Below, piece after piece: positions 37,599 to 47,857 of a DNA stretch of 64,000 nucleotides; position 1 is the first letter of the stretch, and each line of letters starts with the position of its first letter. The notes beneath the pieces are model-generated. The model made no database searches. It was not told where the DNA came from and saw only the letters and a program-made list of their open reading frames with translations. The position numbers were made by a program, and so were the translations under genes. Location of the stretch: contig OZ245020.1 of assembly GCA_965223865.1 (NCBI GenBank), positions 448,001 through 512,000 on the forward strand, read 5' to 3'. This stretch comes from Nitrosarchaeum sp. GTDB lineage: Archaea > Thermoproteota > Nitrososphaeria > Nitrososphaerales > Nitrosopumilaceae.

Positions 37599-37921
37599 CT
37601 GTTCTCTCAACTCTTGGCGTGTTCTTTTTTGCAGCATTATTAGAGATTGGTGGTGGATACTTGGTATGGAAGTGGCTGCAAGATCACAAAGGAAAGATTC
37701 TGGGTTTAGTTGGAGGATTGATTCTGTTTTCATATGGGATAGTAATGACTCTACAGCCTGAAAACTTTGGCAAGGTCTATGCCGCATACGGTGGAATCTT
37801 TGTGGTATCTTCAATTATCTGGGGTTATTGGATAGACAAGAAAAGGCCAGACAGGTTTGAGATTATTGGTTCTGCTATAGTTTTGATTGGGGTTGCTGTC
37901 ATGTTTTACATACCTCGTTAG
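37583..37921 (+). CDS. YnfA (UPF0060) family protein, second paralog
   Basis: LEIGGGYLVW and KVYAAYGGIFV motifs. Confidence 0.88.
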   Translation: MAEGITVLSTLGVFFFAALLEIGGGYLVWKWLQDHKGKILGLVGGLILFSYGIVMTLQPENFGKVYAAYGGIFVVSSIIWGYWIDKKRPDRFEIIGSAIVLIGVAVMFYIPR

Positions 37922-38221
37922 CTTTCATATCTACGCTAAGTGTTTGTTTCCACAAGAAACAAATCAATTAATCAAATAGGTGTAGATGACATCGTCGTTA
38001 ATCGCCTGAATCTACAAAAAATACTAGTATACTACATTTGATAACAATATTCTATTATAGAATTTTTTTCATGTATTATTTGTGATGACCCAATTGTAAA
38101 TTATCCAAAAACTTCAAAAAATAAAAATTACATTTTCAAAAATCACTTTCATCTAAAATGCATAGAATCCTTGTTTAGTTGAGTCAAGCATCAAAACATA
38201 GATGAAAATAGTTAAAAATTT

Positions 38222-39460
38222 TCATCTTTTGTTAGGTTTACGACGATTAGAATTCTGATTTCGGTAAGATAATCTCAAAAGTTCTGGTGCAACGAAAATT
38301 GTGGTCAAAACAACAAAGATCATCATAGAATACAATGCCTGATCAATTACTGCATAAGACAAACCCAATCCAACTGTGACAAATGCTATCTCGCCTCTTA
38401 CAATCATTCCATATCCTACTCGCAAACCTTTTTTCCGATTTTTTAGCAAAAATGATGCCGGAATCCCACAACCTAGAATTTTACTAAATATGGCAACTCC
38501 CAAAATACCAAGAAACACAACAATATTGATATCAAAAATAGCCCCCAGATTTACATGCGCACCAATTACTGCAAAAAACAGAGGAGTAAAAATCACCTTG
38601 AGCCTTCCAGCAAATTCACGCGCTTGCATTGCTAGCTTGGAATCAGCTAATCCCATTCCTGCAGCAAATGCTCCAATTATGGGATTCAGACCAAGTCCTC
38701 CAGCAATTGCAGCAAGTCCAAAGGCAGAACCTAAAGCCACAGCTTGATTTATTCCACGTGATTCAAGTGAAGTTGGACGCGCAATAGTCGTTGCATGAAC
38801 AATTCTGGGCAGCAAAAATACCGCACCCAATAACAACACAAACCAAAACCCAATGGATTCTATTGTCTGCAGCGTAATTGTTTCAATTGTAGGAATAGAG
38901 TTTGTCACTATAATTGAGAGAATTACAGACAAGATTGCGATTCCCAAAATATCATCTAACACTGCTGCATTGACAAGTACGTTTCCTTCAGTGGTCTTTT
39001 CTTTTCTGAGCTCTTCTAATGCTGTGACAGAAATTGCAATACTGGTGGCACTTAGAGTGGCCCCTATTACAATGGCAGCTTGCCACTCATATCCGAAGAT
39101 ACTCGTCACAAGATATCCCAGAATCAGCGGCACTATCACGCCACCAATTCCTACAGAAGCTGCCTTCATTCCGGCTCGGCGCAAATCATGAAAGGTAAAG
39201 TGCAGTCCTGCAGAAAACAGAATGATTATTCCTGAGACTTGCCAAATTGACAACATTAGATCATCCATTACAACTATAGGTTCATCGTGGAATGGAATTA
39301 ATCCACCAATTGCAAAATGGCCAAAAATAATCCCACCCAAAATAAATCCAAATATTTCAGATATTTTAAATCGGGCACAGAGTCTTCCGAGCAACATGGA
39401 AGGAATAACAATAACCAAAATTCCAATAATGGTAGGAACTACATCAAATTCAGTTACCAC
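38222..39460 (-). CDS. CPA2 cation:proton antiporter
   Basis: LSATS, AAVLDD, IIGAFAAG, MIVRGE motifs; many TM helices. Confidence 0.9.
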   Translation of the reverse strand: MVTEFDVVPTIIGILVIVIPSMLLGRLCARFKISEIFGFILGGIIFGHFAIGGLIPFHDEPIVVMDDLMLSIWQVSGIIILFSAGLHFTFHDLRRAGMKAASVGIGGVIVPLILGYLVTSIFGYEWQAAIVIGATLSATSIAISVTALEELRKEKTTEGNVLVNAAVLDDILGIAILSVILSIIVTNSIPTIETITLQTIESIGFWFVLLLGAVFLLPRIVHATTIARPTSLESRGINQAVALGSAFGLAAIAGGLGLNPIIGAFAAGMGLADSKLAMQAREFAGRLKVIFTPLFFAVIGAHVNLGAIFDINIVVFLGILGVAIFSKILGCGIPASFLLKNRKKGLRVGYGMIVRGEIAFVTVGLGLSYAVIDQALYSMMIFVVLTTIFVAPELLRLSYRNQNSNRRKPNKR

Positions 39461-39645
39461 TAATAGAAAATAACATTACAATCTTTTAATGTTGTAACAT
39501 AAAATCAAGTTTAAAAATCAATATTTTTAAAAAAAGAGAGTCAGGGTTAAGCAACAAGGTTTCCCAATTATCTTCATTACGTATTCATCCAATTGGACAT
39601 AACTGTTAATGAAAAGCTATAAAATTACAATTAATTCGAAGCATC

Positions 39646-39774
39646 GTGATAGAAATTTTGAAATGTAAACACTGTGATTCGGAATTAATAGATATAGAAT
39701 CTCCAAACGGTTTTCCATTAGGTTATTGTCCTAACAAATTTTGTGATTTTTATGGTAAATCTGTAGACATTTAG
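39646..39774 (+). CDS. zinc-ribbon microprotein (42 aa, not in ORF track)
   Basis: MIEILKCKHCDSELIDIESPNGFPLGYCPNKFCDFYGKSVDI*; TATAAA about 25 nt upstream. Confidence 0.6.
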   Translation: MIEILKCKHCDSELIDIESPNGFPLGYCPNKFCDFYGKSVDI

Positions 39775-39853
39775 AGAAAAAACAAATCAAGATTTTTTAT
39801 TATCTAATCTATTCTCTGCAATTCTTAATTATTTTGATGGTTATCTACAATCA

Positions 39854-40102
39854 TTGTCTGAGAATGTTAAGCATTCTTTTGTACTTTTGACGTGCGATGA
39901 GAAACACATTGATTCTGCAATAGATGAAATAAAATCAATACCTATTGTAACCAATGTAGGTCGTATTCAAGGAATCTATGACATATTAGTACAGTTAAAG
40001 GCATCAAATGAGACAATAAAGGAGACAATAAGAACCAAAATAAGATATGTTACTGGAGTGCGTTCGGTGCTCACATTATTTGTATATGATACATCACCAT
40101 AA
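39854..40102 (+). CDS. stand-alone Lrp/AsnC ligand-binding (RAM) domain protein
   Basis: FVLL...GIYDILV...IR.V.GVRSVLTL pattern. Confidence 0.8.
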   Translation: MSENVKHSFVLLTCDEKHIDSAIDEIKSIPIVTNVGRIQGIYDILVQLKASNETIKETIRTKIRYVTGVRSVLTLFVYDTSP

Positions 40103-40122
40103 CCATGTATCAGTATTTTTAA

Positions 40123-40278
40123 TCAGATCCATTCGGGCTCTTCATCATCCCATGTTTCTATGGGCATTCCGCTTACAGACTTGCTGTTCCAGATATTTGC
40201 AAAAAGACATTTGCTTGAACAGTGCGTAATTATATAATTATCCAGCTTTCTTCCACACGCCCTGCATTTCTTGCTCAA
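40123..40278 (-). CDS. treble-clef-like metal-binding microprotein (51 aa, not in ORF track)
   Basis: MSKKCRACGRKLDNYIITHCSSKCLFANIWNSKSVSGMPIETWDDEEPEWI*; CxxCG and CSxxC. Confidence 0.6.
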   Translation of the reverse strand: MSKKCRACGRKLDNYIITHCSSKCLFANIWNSKSVSGMPIETWDDEEPEWI

Positions 40279-40423
40279 TTTATGTAATATGACAAAAAGT
40301 TATTGAAAAATCCTGCCATCTTTTTCTTAGTATGTTTTGGGTTATTTCATATTCACATACATATTGAAAGTGCCGTAACTCGATATCAAAGATAAATTGA
40401 TAGTATAGTACCAAAATCCACAG

Positions 40424-40612
40424 TTATCTTGTAACTAAGACAGGAACCTTGGATTTGTGAATTATGATTGGTAGTACTGCCAAAAAATACCTCTTTTGGA
40501 AAACTCCTCCCTCTTCGACCATTATGATCAGGTCAATTGTATTGGATTTGCTCTCAGCAAATGTTAGAATGTCATATCCTGCAGTTTTTCCTCCTATAAC
40601 TAATTGCACCAT
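40424..40612 (-). pseudogene. universal stress protein (USP) remnant
   Basis: DLIIM and HKSKVPVLV in one frame; RGRSFPKEVFFGST in an alternate frame; N-terminal half absent. Confidence 0.75.
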
Positions 40613-40650
40613 AATCTACATTCTTTTTTTCTGCCAAATTTTGGAATAAA

Positions 40651-40893
40651 ATGGACAAAACTGGACAAAACAAGGCAAGATCTGATAAAAAGGAGGATAC
40701 CGGCTATGATTTAATGAAAATTCCGGATGGCTATGTAGTAGGATTTGTCATTTCAGAAGATAGTAAAGATATTGAAATTATTGGAACAAAAGTGATTCCT
40801 GAATTTGGAACGATTGCAATTATGATTCTTGCCGTTGCAATCACAAGTATCATCATAGTCACTGCAAAATCTAGAATCTCATTACGAGTATAA
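40651..40893 (+). pseudogene. C-terminal fragment of a PEFG-CTERM surface protein
   Basis: IEIIGTKVIPEFGTIAIMILAVAI sorting signal but no signal peptide or body. Confidence 0.6.
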
Positions 40894-40978
40894 CTCTATT
40901 TTTATTTCAAAAATTTTCTTAATCATCCTTCTTAGTTATTGATTCCAAATTGGTATTGAATTTTTGAAATGGTATATG

Positions 40979-42076
40979 CTAACTCAGATTGTCTTCAAAA
41001 AATTTCAATGTCTTTTGCCATGCATCTTTTGACTCTTCAGGTGCATATCTATCTCCCGATGGATTTGCAAATGCATGATTCACTCCAGGATATATGGTAA
41101 TGTCATTTTGAATCCCAACTTCATCTAGCGATGATTTGAACTCGTTTACTGTTTCTGGCGGAATTCCAGAATCAAGTTCTGCAAATATTCTCAATAACGG
41201 CCAGTCGATCTTGGATAACTCTTCAGTATCTGTTACCAGTTGTCCATAATAGATCACAGTTGCATCCATGTTTTCGTTATTTAATGCTAAGTTCAGTGAT
41301 TGTGCTCCTCCAAAGCACCAACCAATAGAACCCAAACTTGATGGGGTGTGTTGTTCTTCCAGGTAGGATACTGCAGCATTCATGTTATTTGTCCACTGGG
41401 ACTGCTCAAATGAGCTGCGTAACTGTCTTGCTTCGTCAGCAGTTGTTCCTACTTGTCCTTCATACAGATCAACTGCAAACACGGCATATCCGTGCGATGC
41501 AAGTTTTTCAGCCATCTGCTTTATGTTGTCATTTAGACCCCACCACTCGTGGATCATTATTATTCCAGGATATTGTCCATCTGTTGCAGGTTTTGCCAAA
41601 TATCCATTAGAATTTCCAAAGTATGAAACATTTGTCGTCTCTACATCCAGTTCTCCTGTTTCAAATATCACAGAATTGTTATTATCATTTTTTTCATAGT
41701 CAGGTAGTATGTGTATTGCCCATCCTCTCTCGATGAGTTTTTCAACAGATGATGGTTTGACACATGCAGGTTGCCCATTTGAGATCTTCATTACTAATTC
41801 CAAGCCTTCAGTACATGTTACTTTAGAAGGATCCGTACCCTCCTGAATCTGTTTTAATGGTGGAGTAAAATAAGCAAAGCCGTATGAAAAATCAAGGGTT
41901 TGTGATGATAAGGTCAATAATGATGTTGAAATTACAAATACGACAAGAAGCGGAATTCCCACAATTCGTATTCTTTTTTGCAATATTTTACCTTTAAGTA
42001 GAAAACAACTGGAATTTTTTTTATCTGGTGTTTTTATTTGATTCAAGGATGATACTGTTACATTTAGTGTAGACAA
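40979..42076 (-). CDS. secreted dienelactone hydrolase family protein with N-terminal Cys-containing domain (true start likely near 41960-41985)
   Basis: IHEWWGLN, GWCFGG, NHAFAN motifs; PPLKQ..C..C..LIERGW N-domain. Confidence 0.88.
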   Translation of the reverse strand: MSTLNVTVSSLNQIKTPDKKNSSCFLLKGKILQKRIRIVGIPLLVVFVISTSLLTLSSQTLDFSYGFAYFTPPLKQIQEGTDPSKVTCTEGLELVMKISNGQPACVKPSSVEKLIERGWAIHILPDYEKNDNNNSVIFETGELDVETTNVSYFGNSNGYLAKPATDGQYPGIIMIHEWWGLNDNIKQMAEKLASHGYAVFAVDLYEGQVGTTADEARQLRSSFEQSQWTNNMNAAVSYLEEQHTPSSLGSIGWCFGGAQSLNLALNNENMDATVIYYGQLVTDTEELSKIDWPLLRIFAELDSGIPPETVNEFKSSLDEVGIQNDITIYPGVNHAFANPSGDRYAPEESKDAWQKTLKFFEDNLS

Positions 42077-42165
42077 ATCAAAAGTGATTCAAAATTAGAA
42101 ATTAAATAAAAAAATTAGAAAGTTTGAATTTCTTCAAACATATTTTCCAATTCGAGGACTCATTA

Positions 42166-42723
42166 TTATTTCATCATTGAATGATGCTTACAATACTGAA
42201 ATCCTTCCTTGTCAAATCTTTCTTTCATTTCAGCAATTTTGACATCTAGTTCTGCAAGAGATATTCCTTCACTTGTATGAAGAATTTCTCCATTTCCTGC
42301 ATCAACGATTACTCTATACAGATGATCATCTGCATATGATGCTACGCCATAATGATACATCAGATATCCTTGTGTAGGAATTATTCCTCCTAGAATCACT
42401 TTTCCTTCTTCAATGGACTCTGCAGCTATTGTTCCTGCTTCTAATGCATCAATCTTTACAGATTCAATGTTTTCTCTAATGGATTCACCAACAGCTATTG
42501 TTCCTTCAATTTCTGGAATATTGTGCATCATCATCTTTCCATAAAATCCATGGTCCATACCAGGTGGTCCAAAGAATCCGGGTTGAGCTTGTGCAATTGG
42601 ATGTACTCCAAATGAAGCTACAACTGCGATTGCCAACACTACAATCCCTGCAGGCATTCCAATTTTGTATATTTTTGATTTCATATACTGTAATACATTT
42701 GGTAAACTTAAGGCATTGTTCAA
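42166..42723 (-). CDS. secreted PepSY-domain protein (likely start 42684)
   Basis: signal peptide, Met/His-rich segment, VIVDAGNGEIL PepSY signature. Confidence 0.7.
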   Translation of the reverse strand: MNNALSLPNVLQYMKSKIYKIGMPAGIVVLAIAVVASFGVHPIAQAQPGFFGPPGMDHGFYGKMMMHNIPEIEGTIAVGESIRENIESVKIDALEAGTIAAESIEEGKVILGGIIPTQGYLMYHYGVASYADDHLYRVIVDAGNGEILHTSEGISLAELDVKIAEMKERFDKEGFQYCKHHSMMK

Positions 42724-42728
42724 CCAAG

Positions 42729-42749
42729 TTACTTAACGTCGTTAAGTAA
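42729..42749. promoter_or_regulatory. perfect 10-1-10 palindromic operator candidate
   Basis: TTACTTAACG-T-CGTTAAGTAA between divergent PepSY and wHTH genes. Confidence 0.7.
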
Positions 42750-42848
42750 TACTTTATTTTCTAAAATAGAAATTACAATAGTGAGTGAAAAGTATACGTC
42801 GGAGATATGGGTAAATGCCAATAAAACTAAGCTTCAAGGAGTAGTAGA

Positions 42849-43169
42849 TTGGTCAAGGAACCAAGAGATAGAACATACATTAGAAAAGACATCATGTTTA
42901 TGTTATCAGAACATGGGGAATTGAACAAAACAAGACTATTGAGCTACTGTGGATTGAACATGGCAAAACATCAAGAAATATTAGATGACATGATAAAAAA
43001 AGAGTTAATCAGCGAATCAAAAGAACCCTGGGGAAACAAAACCATTACAAAATACAAAATGACTGAAAAAGGAAGACGATTTTGGAATGCAATTCTAGAA
43101 CCATATGAGAAAATGTTTCCAAGAGATGAAAAATTACAAATCAAAGAAGAAGATAAGGAGAAAGACTAG
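42849..43169 (+). CDS. winged-helix transcriptional regulator (HTH_45-like)
   Basis: RDR..I..DI, KTRLLSYCGLN, YKMTEKG wing motif. Confidence 0.85.
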   Translation: MVKEPRDRTYIRKDIMFMLSEHGELNKTRLLSYCGLNMAKHQEILDDMIKKELISESKEPWGNKTITKYKMTEKGRRFWNAILEPYEKMFPRDEKLQIKEEDKEKD

Positions 43170-43171
43170 AC

Positions 43172-43588
43172 TTGTCAAAACCAAACAAAAAAGACAATCA
43201 CAAAGAGGGTGAAAAACCAGAAGGCGCATTTGAGATAATGGATGGGCTTATGTCCCAACTAAACTCCACAAAAAAGATGTTCTTGGCCCTGATTCTTACA
43301 ATTATTGTATTACCTGCAATTGCAATGCTGATTGTGGTTGCCACGTTTGATCCTCCTTTTGATGATTTTGAAATAAGAGAATCTTATAGAGGACCGTTTG
43401 GTCCAGGAGGAGGACCTCCCTTTTTGCCAGGCTTGATAATCTTTGTTGCGACATTAGTGTGGCTTGGAATAGCAGTAAGGAAGTGGTTTGTCATATCAAA
43501 ATGGAGCAAAAAATACAAGCAATTCAAACAAAGACAGGAACAACTAGAACGACAATTCGAAGAAGAGGATGGCAGCAACCAGAGATAA
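43172..43588 (+). CDS. two-TM membrane protein coupled to the wHTH gene
   Basis: starts 2 nt after wHTH stop; two TM helices with Gly/Pro-rich loop; charged tail. Confidence 0.75.
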   Translation: MSKPNKKDNHKEGEKPEGAFEIMDGLMSQLNSTKKMFLALILTIIVLPAIAMLIVVATFDPPFDDFEIRESYRGPFGPGGGPPFLPGLIIFVATLVWLGIAVRKWFVISKWSKKYKQFKQRQEQLERQFEEEDGSNQR

Positions 43589-43681
43589 AACTTTCTTTAA
43601 TTGTGGTGGTTTAGAATTTACAACATAATTCCATATATTTTACTTGAAAATCTAGGCTTGATAGATTTTTAATTAATTGAC

Positions 43682-44281
43682 TTGGATGGTTTGGTATCTA
43701 TGATTATTGTTATTGAAGGTGGAGATCAGGCAGGCAAGCTTACTCAATCTAAACTCCTAGCACAAGCATTAAAAAAAAGAAAGATCAAGACTGCACTGTT
43801 TCATTTTCCAGACTATATGACACCAGTAGGTAAAGAAATCAGAAAGTATCTTGATGGCAAGAGAAAATTTCCTCCACAAGTAATTCATTGCCTTTTGGCT
43901 GCAAATAGGTGGGAAAAGTTAAATGAAATTGTAGAGGCCCAGTCAAAAAATTCTGTTGTAATTATGAATCGATACTATCAATCAAATCTTGTGTATGGTC
44001 TTGCAAATGGAATGAAGCTAAAATGGCTTGAAAATCTAGATGCTGGACTTCCAAAGGCCGACCTTGTAATCGTGCTTGATGTCACACAAAAAGAATCATT
44101 TCAGAGACAAAAAACTAACAGAGACAAGTTTGAAAAAGACATTGATTTTTCTCAAAAAATTTCCAATCTATATAAAATCACTGCAAAGAAAAAACGGTGG
44201 AGAATTATTGATGCATCAAAACCAAAAAAAGAAATTCACAAAGAGATTCTAAAAATTTTCTCAAAAAAAATCGGCTTATGA
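43682..44281 (+). CDS. tmk: thymidylate kinase
   Basis: IEGGDQAGKLTQ P-loop and NRYYQS motif. Confidence 0.92.
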   Translation: MDGLVSMIIVIEGGDQAGKLTQSKLLAQALKKRKIKTALFHFPDYMTPVGKEIRKYLDGKRKFPPQVIHCLLAANRWEKLNEIVEAQSKNSVVIMNRYYQSNLVYGLANGMKLKWLENLDAGLPKADLVIVLDVTQKESFQRQKTNRDKFEKDIDFSQKISNLYKITAKKKRWRIIDASKPKKEIHKEILKIFSKKIGL

Positions 44282-45513
44282 AAAAAAACTATCTAGACAT
44301 TATTGATCCAATTCATGACTTTATCCGAGTATATGATAATGAACTGCAATTAATTGATAGTCCAATTTTTCAAAGACTAAGACGAATCAGACAGCTTTCA
44401 GGAGCTCATCTAACTTATCCTGCAGCTCAGCATACCCGATTTGAGCACTCACTAGGTGTAATGCATATCTCTGACCAAGCAGGTCATGCACTAAATGAAA
44501 AAGGAATTCTCAAAACAGAAGACATTGAAATTCTAAGACTGGCAGGTTTACTTCATGATATAGGTCATGGTCCATTTTCACATCTTTTTGAGGAAATTAT
44601 TTCAAAAAAAAAAATATCACATGAAGATTTTGGCAAGCAAATAATTTTAAAATCTGAAATAGGAGATATCTTAACTAAATCAGGTCATGATAAAAAATTA
44701 GTAACAAAGATTGCCTTTGGTGATTCAAAGTTACAGTTCATGAATGAGATTGTTTCTGGTGCACTTTCTGCTGATATGATGGATTATCTACTAAGAGATG
44801 GCTACTTTACAGGAGCAGAGCACGCAAAGATAGATCACAAAAGACTAACGCAATCCCTAGAAGTATACAGAAAAAAACTAGCACTTGAGCGCTCAGCACT
44901 GTACTCTTTTGAATCAATGATGCACTCTAGATACCAGATGTTCAAGGCAGTCTATTTTCACAAGACTGTAAGGGCAGCTGAAGTTATGCTCTTAGAAGCA
45001 TTACGACTATCTGATGATGAGTTTGGATTTACCTCATTTGATATAGATGAGTATGTACAACTCACAGACGAATATGTCTTATCAAGATTAATCTCATCTA
45101 CATCCTCAAAACTAAAACGAGCAAGACAATTTGCCATAGACTACCAAAACAGAAAATTGCTAAAATGCGTATATGAGAGAATTTTGACTAGTCCAAGTAA
45201 TTTAGGAAAAATCAAAACTTATGAGCTAAGAGATTCCATCTCAAAAAAATCTAAGATAAGCGAAGATGAGATTTTTGTTGATAGCTCTGTAACTCCATCT
45301 ATTCCACTTGCACCATCAAAAAAAGAATCAAAACAAATTATTCTCATTACTCATGAAAAGGGAAAATTATTTGCCCAAGAGATGCCTATTTCTAAAATCC
45401 CTGTGGTTTCAGCAATTTCTGGATTTATGAATATTCTAAGAATCTATACGCACCAAAAGAATCGAAACAAAGTTGAAATTGCCGCAAAATCAATACTTGA
45501 TGATTTAAAGTAA
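44278..45513 (+). CDS. HD-domain phosphohydrolase (dNTPase-like)
   Basis: [37 protein letters not shown] motifs. Confidence 0.92.
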   Translation: MKKNYLDIIDPIHDFIRVYDNELQLIDSPIFQRLRRIRQLSGAHLTYPAAQHTRFEHSLGVMHISDQAGHALNEKGILKTEDIEILRLAGLLHDIGHGPFSHLFEEIISKKKISHEDFGKQIILKSEIGDILTKSGHDKKLVTKIAFGDSKLQFMNEIVSGALSADMMDYLLRDGYFTGAEHAKIDHKRLTQSLEVYRKKLALERSALYSFESMMHSRYQMFKAVYFHKTVRAAEVMLLEALRLSDDEFGFTSFDIDEYVQLTDEYVLSRLISSTSSKLKRARQFAIDYQNRKLLKCVYERILTSPSNLGKIKTYELRDSISKKSKISEDEIFVDSSVTPSIPLAPSKKESKQIILITHEKGKLFAQEMPISKIPVVSAISGFMNILRIYTHQKNRNKVEIAAKSILDDLK

Positions 45514-46196
45514 TGAAGAAAAGAATTGTAATCAAACTTTCAGGAAGAGTTTTTGGCATTGATAATGTCAAAATTCTAAAAGACTATGCGTCATTCTTGG
45601 TCAAAATTAGCAAGGTCTGCCAACCAATAGTAATAGCAGGTGGAGGAAACATCGCAAGACACTACATTTCACACGCAAGATCTTCAGGAGCAGATGAATC
45701 AACCTTAGATGAGCTTGGAATTGAAATCTCAAGACTAAATGCAAAGCTATTGATTTACGCTCTAAAGAACAAGGCTTATTCACATCCCCCCACCACACTA
45801 CAAGAAGTAAGACATGCAGTAGATGATGGGTTGATTGTAGTAACTGGAGGTTTGCATCCTGGACAAAGTACTAATGGAACAGCTGCTCTAATTGCCGAAA
45901 AAATTGATGCTGAACAATTCCTTAATGCAACTGATGTTGATGGAGTTTATGATATGGATCCAAACAAGTTCAAAAAAGCCAAAAAGTTTAATCGAATAGA
46001 ACTCAAAAATCTAAAGAATATGCTAGTACACGAGGACTCAGTTGCAGGTGGATATGACTTGATGGATATTGTAGCCCTTAAAATCATAGAGCGCTCAAAG
46101 ATAAAGACTAGAATTCTAAAAGCAGATCCCAAAATTATTGAAAAAGCAATAAAAGGCGTTGACGTGGGAACAGAGATTGCTCTTCCTTCTAAATAA
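45513..46196 (+). CDS. pyrH: uridylate kinase
   Basis: KLSG, GGGNIAR, PGQSTN, DVDGVY..DP motifs. Confidence 0.93.
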   Translation: MKKRIVIKLSGRVFGIDNVKILKDYASFLVKISKVCQPIVIAGGGNIARHYISHARSSGADESTLDELGIEISRLNAKLLIYALKNKAYSHPPTTLQEVRHAVDDGLIVVTGGLHPGQSTNGTAALIAEKIDAEQFLNATDVDGVYDMDPNKFKKAKKFNRIELKNLKNMLVHEDSVAGGYDLMDIVALKIIERSKIKTRILKADPKIIEKAIKGVDVGTEIALPSK

Positions 46197-46553
46197 TTAA
46201 TCAGAAATTTCGTTTTGTATAGTTGGACGCGTCTCAGACCAAATTTGGATTTGGGTGCCAGGATATTCAGGAATCTCAGAATCTTTTAGTTTCTTGTAAA
46301 TCTTAATTGCTTCTTCTTTTTCAACTGCTTTTGATTGTGCTTTTGTAAATCCATCATTGTCTACAAGAATGGCAACATATCCATCAGGTGAATTAATTAC
46401 AGCAACAAGATCTTCTTCTCCTACTGGAACAAATTGCCCATCAACCTTCTTTGTAGTCAATGTAAGCATTCCAAATCCTGCAGCATCAAACATTTTCATT
46501 TGTGATTTGCTTGCTCTTTGTTTTCCTTTCTGTACTGCTTGAAAGTACTGCAT
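46197..46553 (-). CDS. hypothetical protein
   Basis: 118-aa ORF with normal composition and T-rich upstream region. Confidence 0.7.
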   Translation of the reverse strand: MQYFQAVQKGKQRASKSQMKMFDAAGFGMLTLTTKKVDGQFVPVGEEDLVAVINSPDGYVAILVDNDGFTKAQSKAVEKEEAIKIYKKLKDSEIPEYPGTQIQIWSETRPTIQNEISD

Positions 46554-46593
46554 ATTTTTTTCCTATTTTTATGATATAATAACTATCTTTGTC

Positions 46594-46944
46594 TTAATCC
46601 ATTGGTTTTGCCTTACCGATCTCAGTTGATTCGTCTTGTTTTTGAAAAATTCTGTATTCACCAATAACTGAATTGCATTTCTGACATATGTATTGGCCCC
46701 TTTCAATTAGATTCAAGTTTTCTGCTACCTCTTCATTTGGATTCTCTTCTATCTGAATTTTAGGAGGATTGCCAAATTCTTCCTCACAGTTTTTGCAAAA
46801 ATGTTTTAACATTTTCCCTTCTTCAATCTTTCCAAGTGGAGCCAAAAATAATTTCCCAACTCCCAAGTCTGCCTTCTTGGTCTGTTCTTCAGTCAAATCT
46901 GCAATGATGTAACCGCCAGAGCCATGTACTGTTTGTTCAGCCAT
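46594..46944 (-). CDS. zinc-ribbon hypothetical protein
   Basis: CKNC and CQKC pairs. Confidence 0.75.
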   Translation of the reverse strand: MAEQTVHGSGGYIIADLTEEQTKKADLGVGKLFLAPLGKIEEGKMLKHFCKNCEEEFGNPPKIQIEENPNEEVAENLNLIERGQYICQKCNSVIGEYRIFQKQDESTEIGKAKPMD

Positions 46945-47051
46945 TTTAAATTGATGATTATTTAGACCTTAAAATACTATGTTGTTACTATTTAGAATCC
47001 CTTTTACTTTGTACCTTAACATTTAAGATATCAAAAAGGTGATCAGATACA

Positions 47052-47600
47052 GTGAATCCAAAGATCTTTGTTATTGCTGCAATTGCTGGATTGGTTATTG
47101 TTATTGGGGGAATCTTTCTTTCTGGTTCTACTCTTGAAAACCTTACATCACCACAACCTGAAAGAGTACCTGTAACAATTGAACCGATTGGAATTGAGCT
47201 GGATGATATTTCAGTACTGAACATTTCTGAGAGAGCTGCAACAATCGAGATCAAATTCAAACTCACAAATCCAAATCCAACTTCTGTAATTGTTCAAACA
47301 ATGGATTATCAACTTTTTGAGAGTAATTTTTCAGAGGATAGACCAATTACTGGTGGTCAAATTGGTAGCAGACCAGAAGGAATGGTAGAATTTGGTTCAA
47401 ACTACTATACTTTGCTTAGTGGAGCTGAGATGCTTCTAAAAGAGAAAGTAGAATTGAAAAATAACGGAAATATTCCAGAATTATGGTCTGCCATTGAAGA
47501 TAATACTGCAAAATGGAGAGTCACTGGAGATGTTTTCTTTAATTTAAGTTCCATGACAAGTGGTCAAGAAAACGAAATCCATTTTGAATTTACAAGATAA
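47052..47600 (+). CDS. LEA-2/WHy domain membrane-anchored protein
   Basis: N-terminal TM, LTNPNP..MDYQL pattern. Confidence 0.75.
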   Translation: MNPKIFVIAAIAGLVIVIGGIFLSGSTLENLTSPQPERVPVTIEPIGIELDDISVLNISERAATIEIKFKLTNPNPTSVIVQTMDYQLFESNFSEDRPITGGQIGSRPEGMVEFGSNYYTLLSGAEMLLKEKVELKNNGNIPELWSAIEDNTAKWRVTGDVFFNLSSMTSGQENEIHFEFTR

Positions 47601-47612
47601 AAGAAATTCTAT

Positions 47613-47648
47613 TATAGTAACATAAAAATTAAAAATTATGTTACTATA
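47613..47648. promoter_or_regulatory. perfect 13-10-13 inverted repeat
   Basis: TATAGTAACATAA-N10-TTATGTTACTATA about 26 nt upstream of a TTATAAAA box. Confidence 0.65.
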
Positions 47649-47706
47649 TTTTTAGAGAAAAAATATTAGCAAAATTATAAAAGCCCATAAGGTAGCAATT
47701 GATCAG

Positions 47707-47817
47707 ATGGCAGAAGCAGGAATGGCCGCGTATGGCTCGGCAATCGGAATTGCAATTGCAGTAGCAGTACTATGTTTTGCTCTTCGTGGAAAAGGACACC
47801 CTGAACCAATAGACTAA
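47707..47817 (+). CDS. single-TM microprotein (36 aa, not in ORF track)
   Basis: MAEAGMAAYGSAIGIAIAVAVLCFALRGKGHPEPID*; TATA box at about 47675; GC-richer than flanks. Confidence 0.7.
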   Translation: MAEAGMAAYGSAIGIAIAVAVLCFALRGKGHPEPID

Positions 47818-47857
47818 GCACAGGAAATCTATCCTTTTCAATATTTTTCATAAATTC

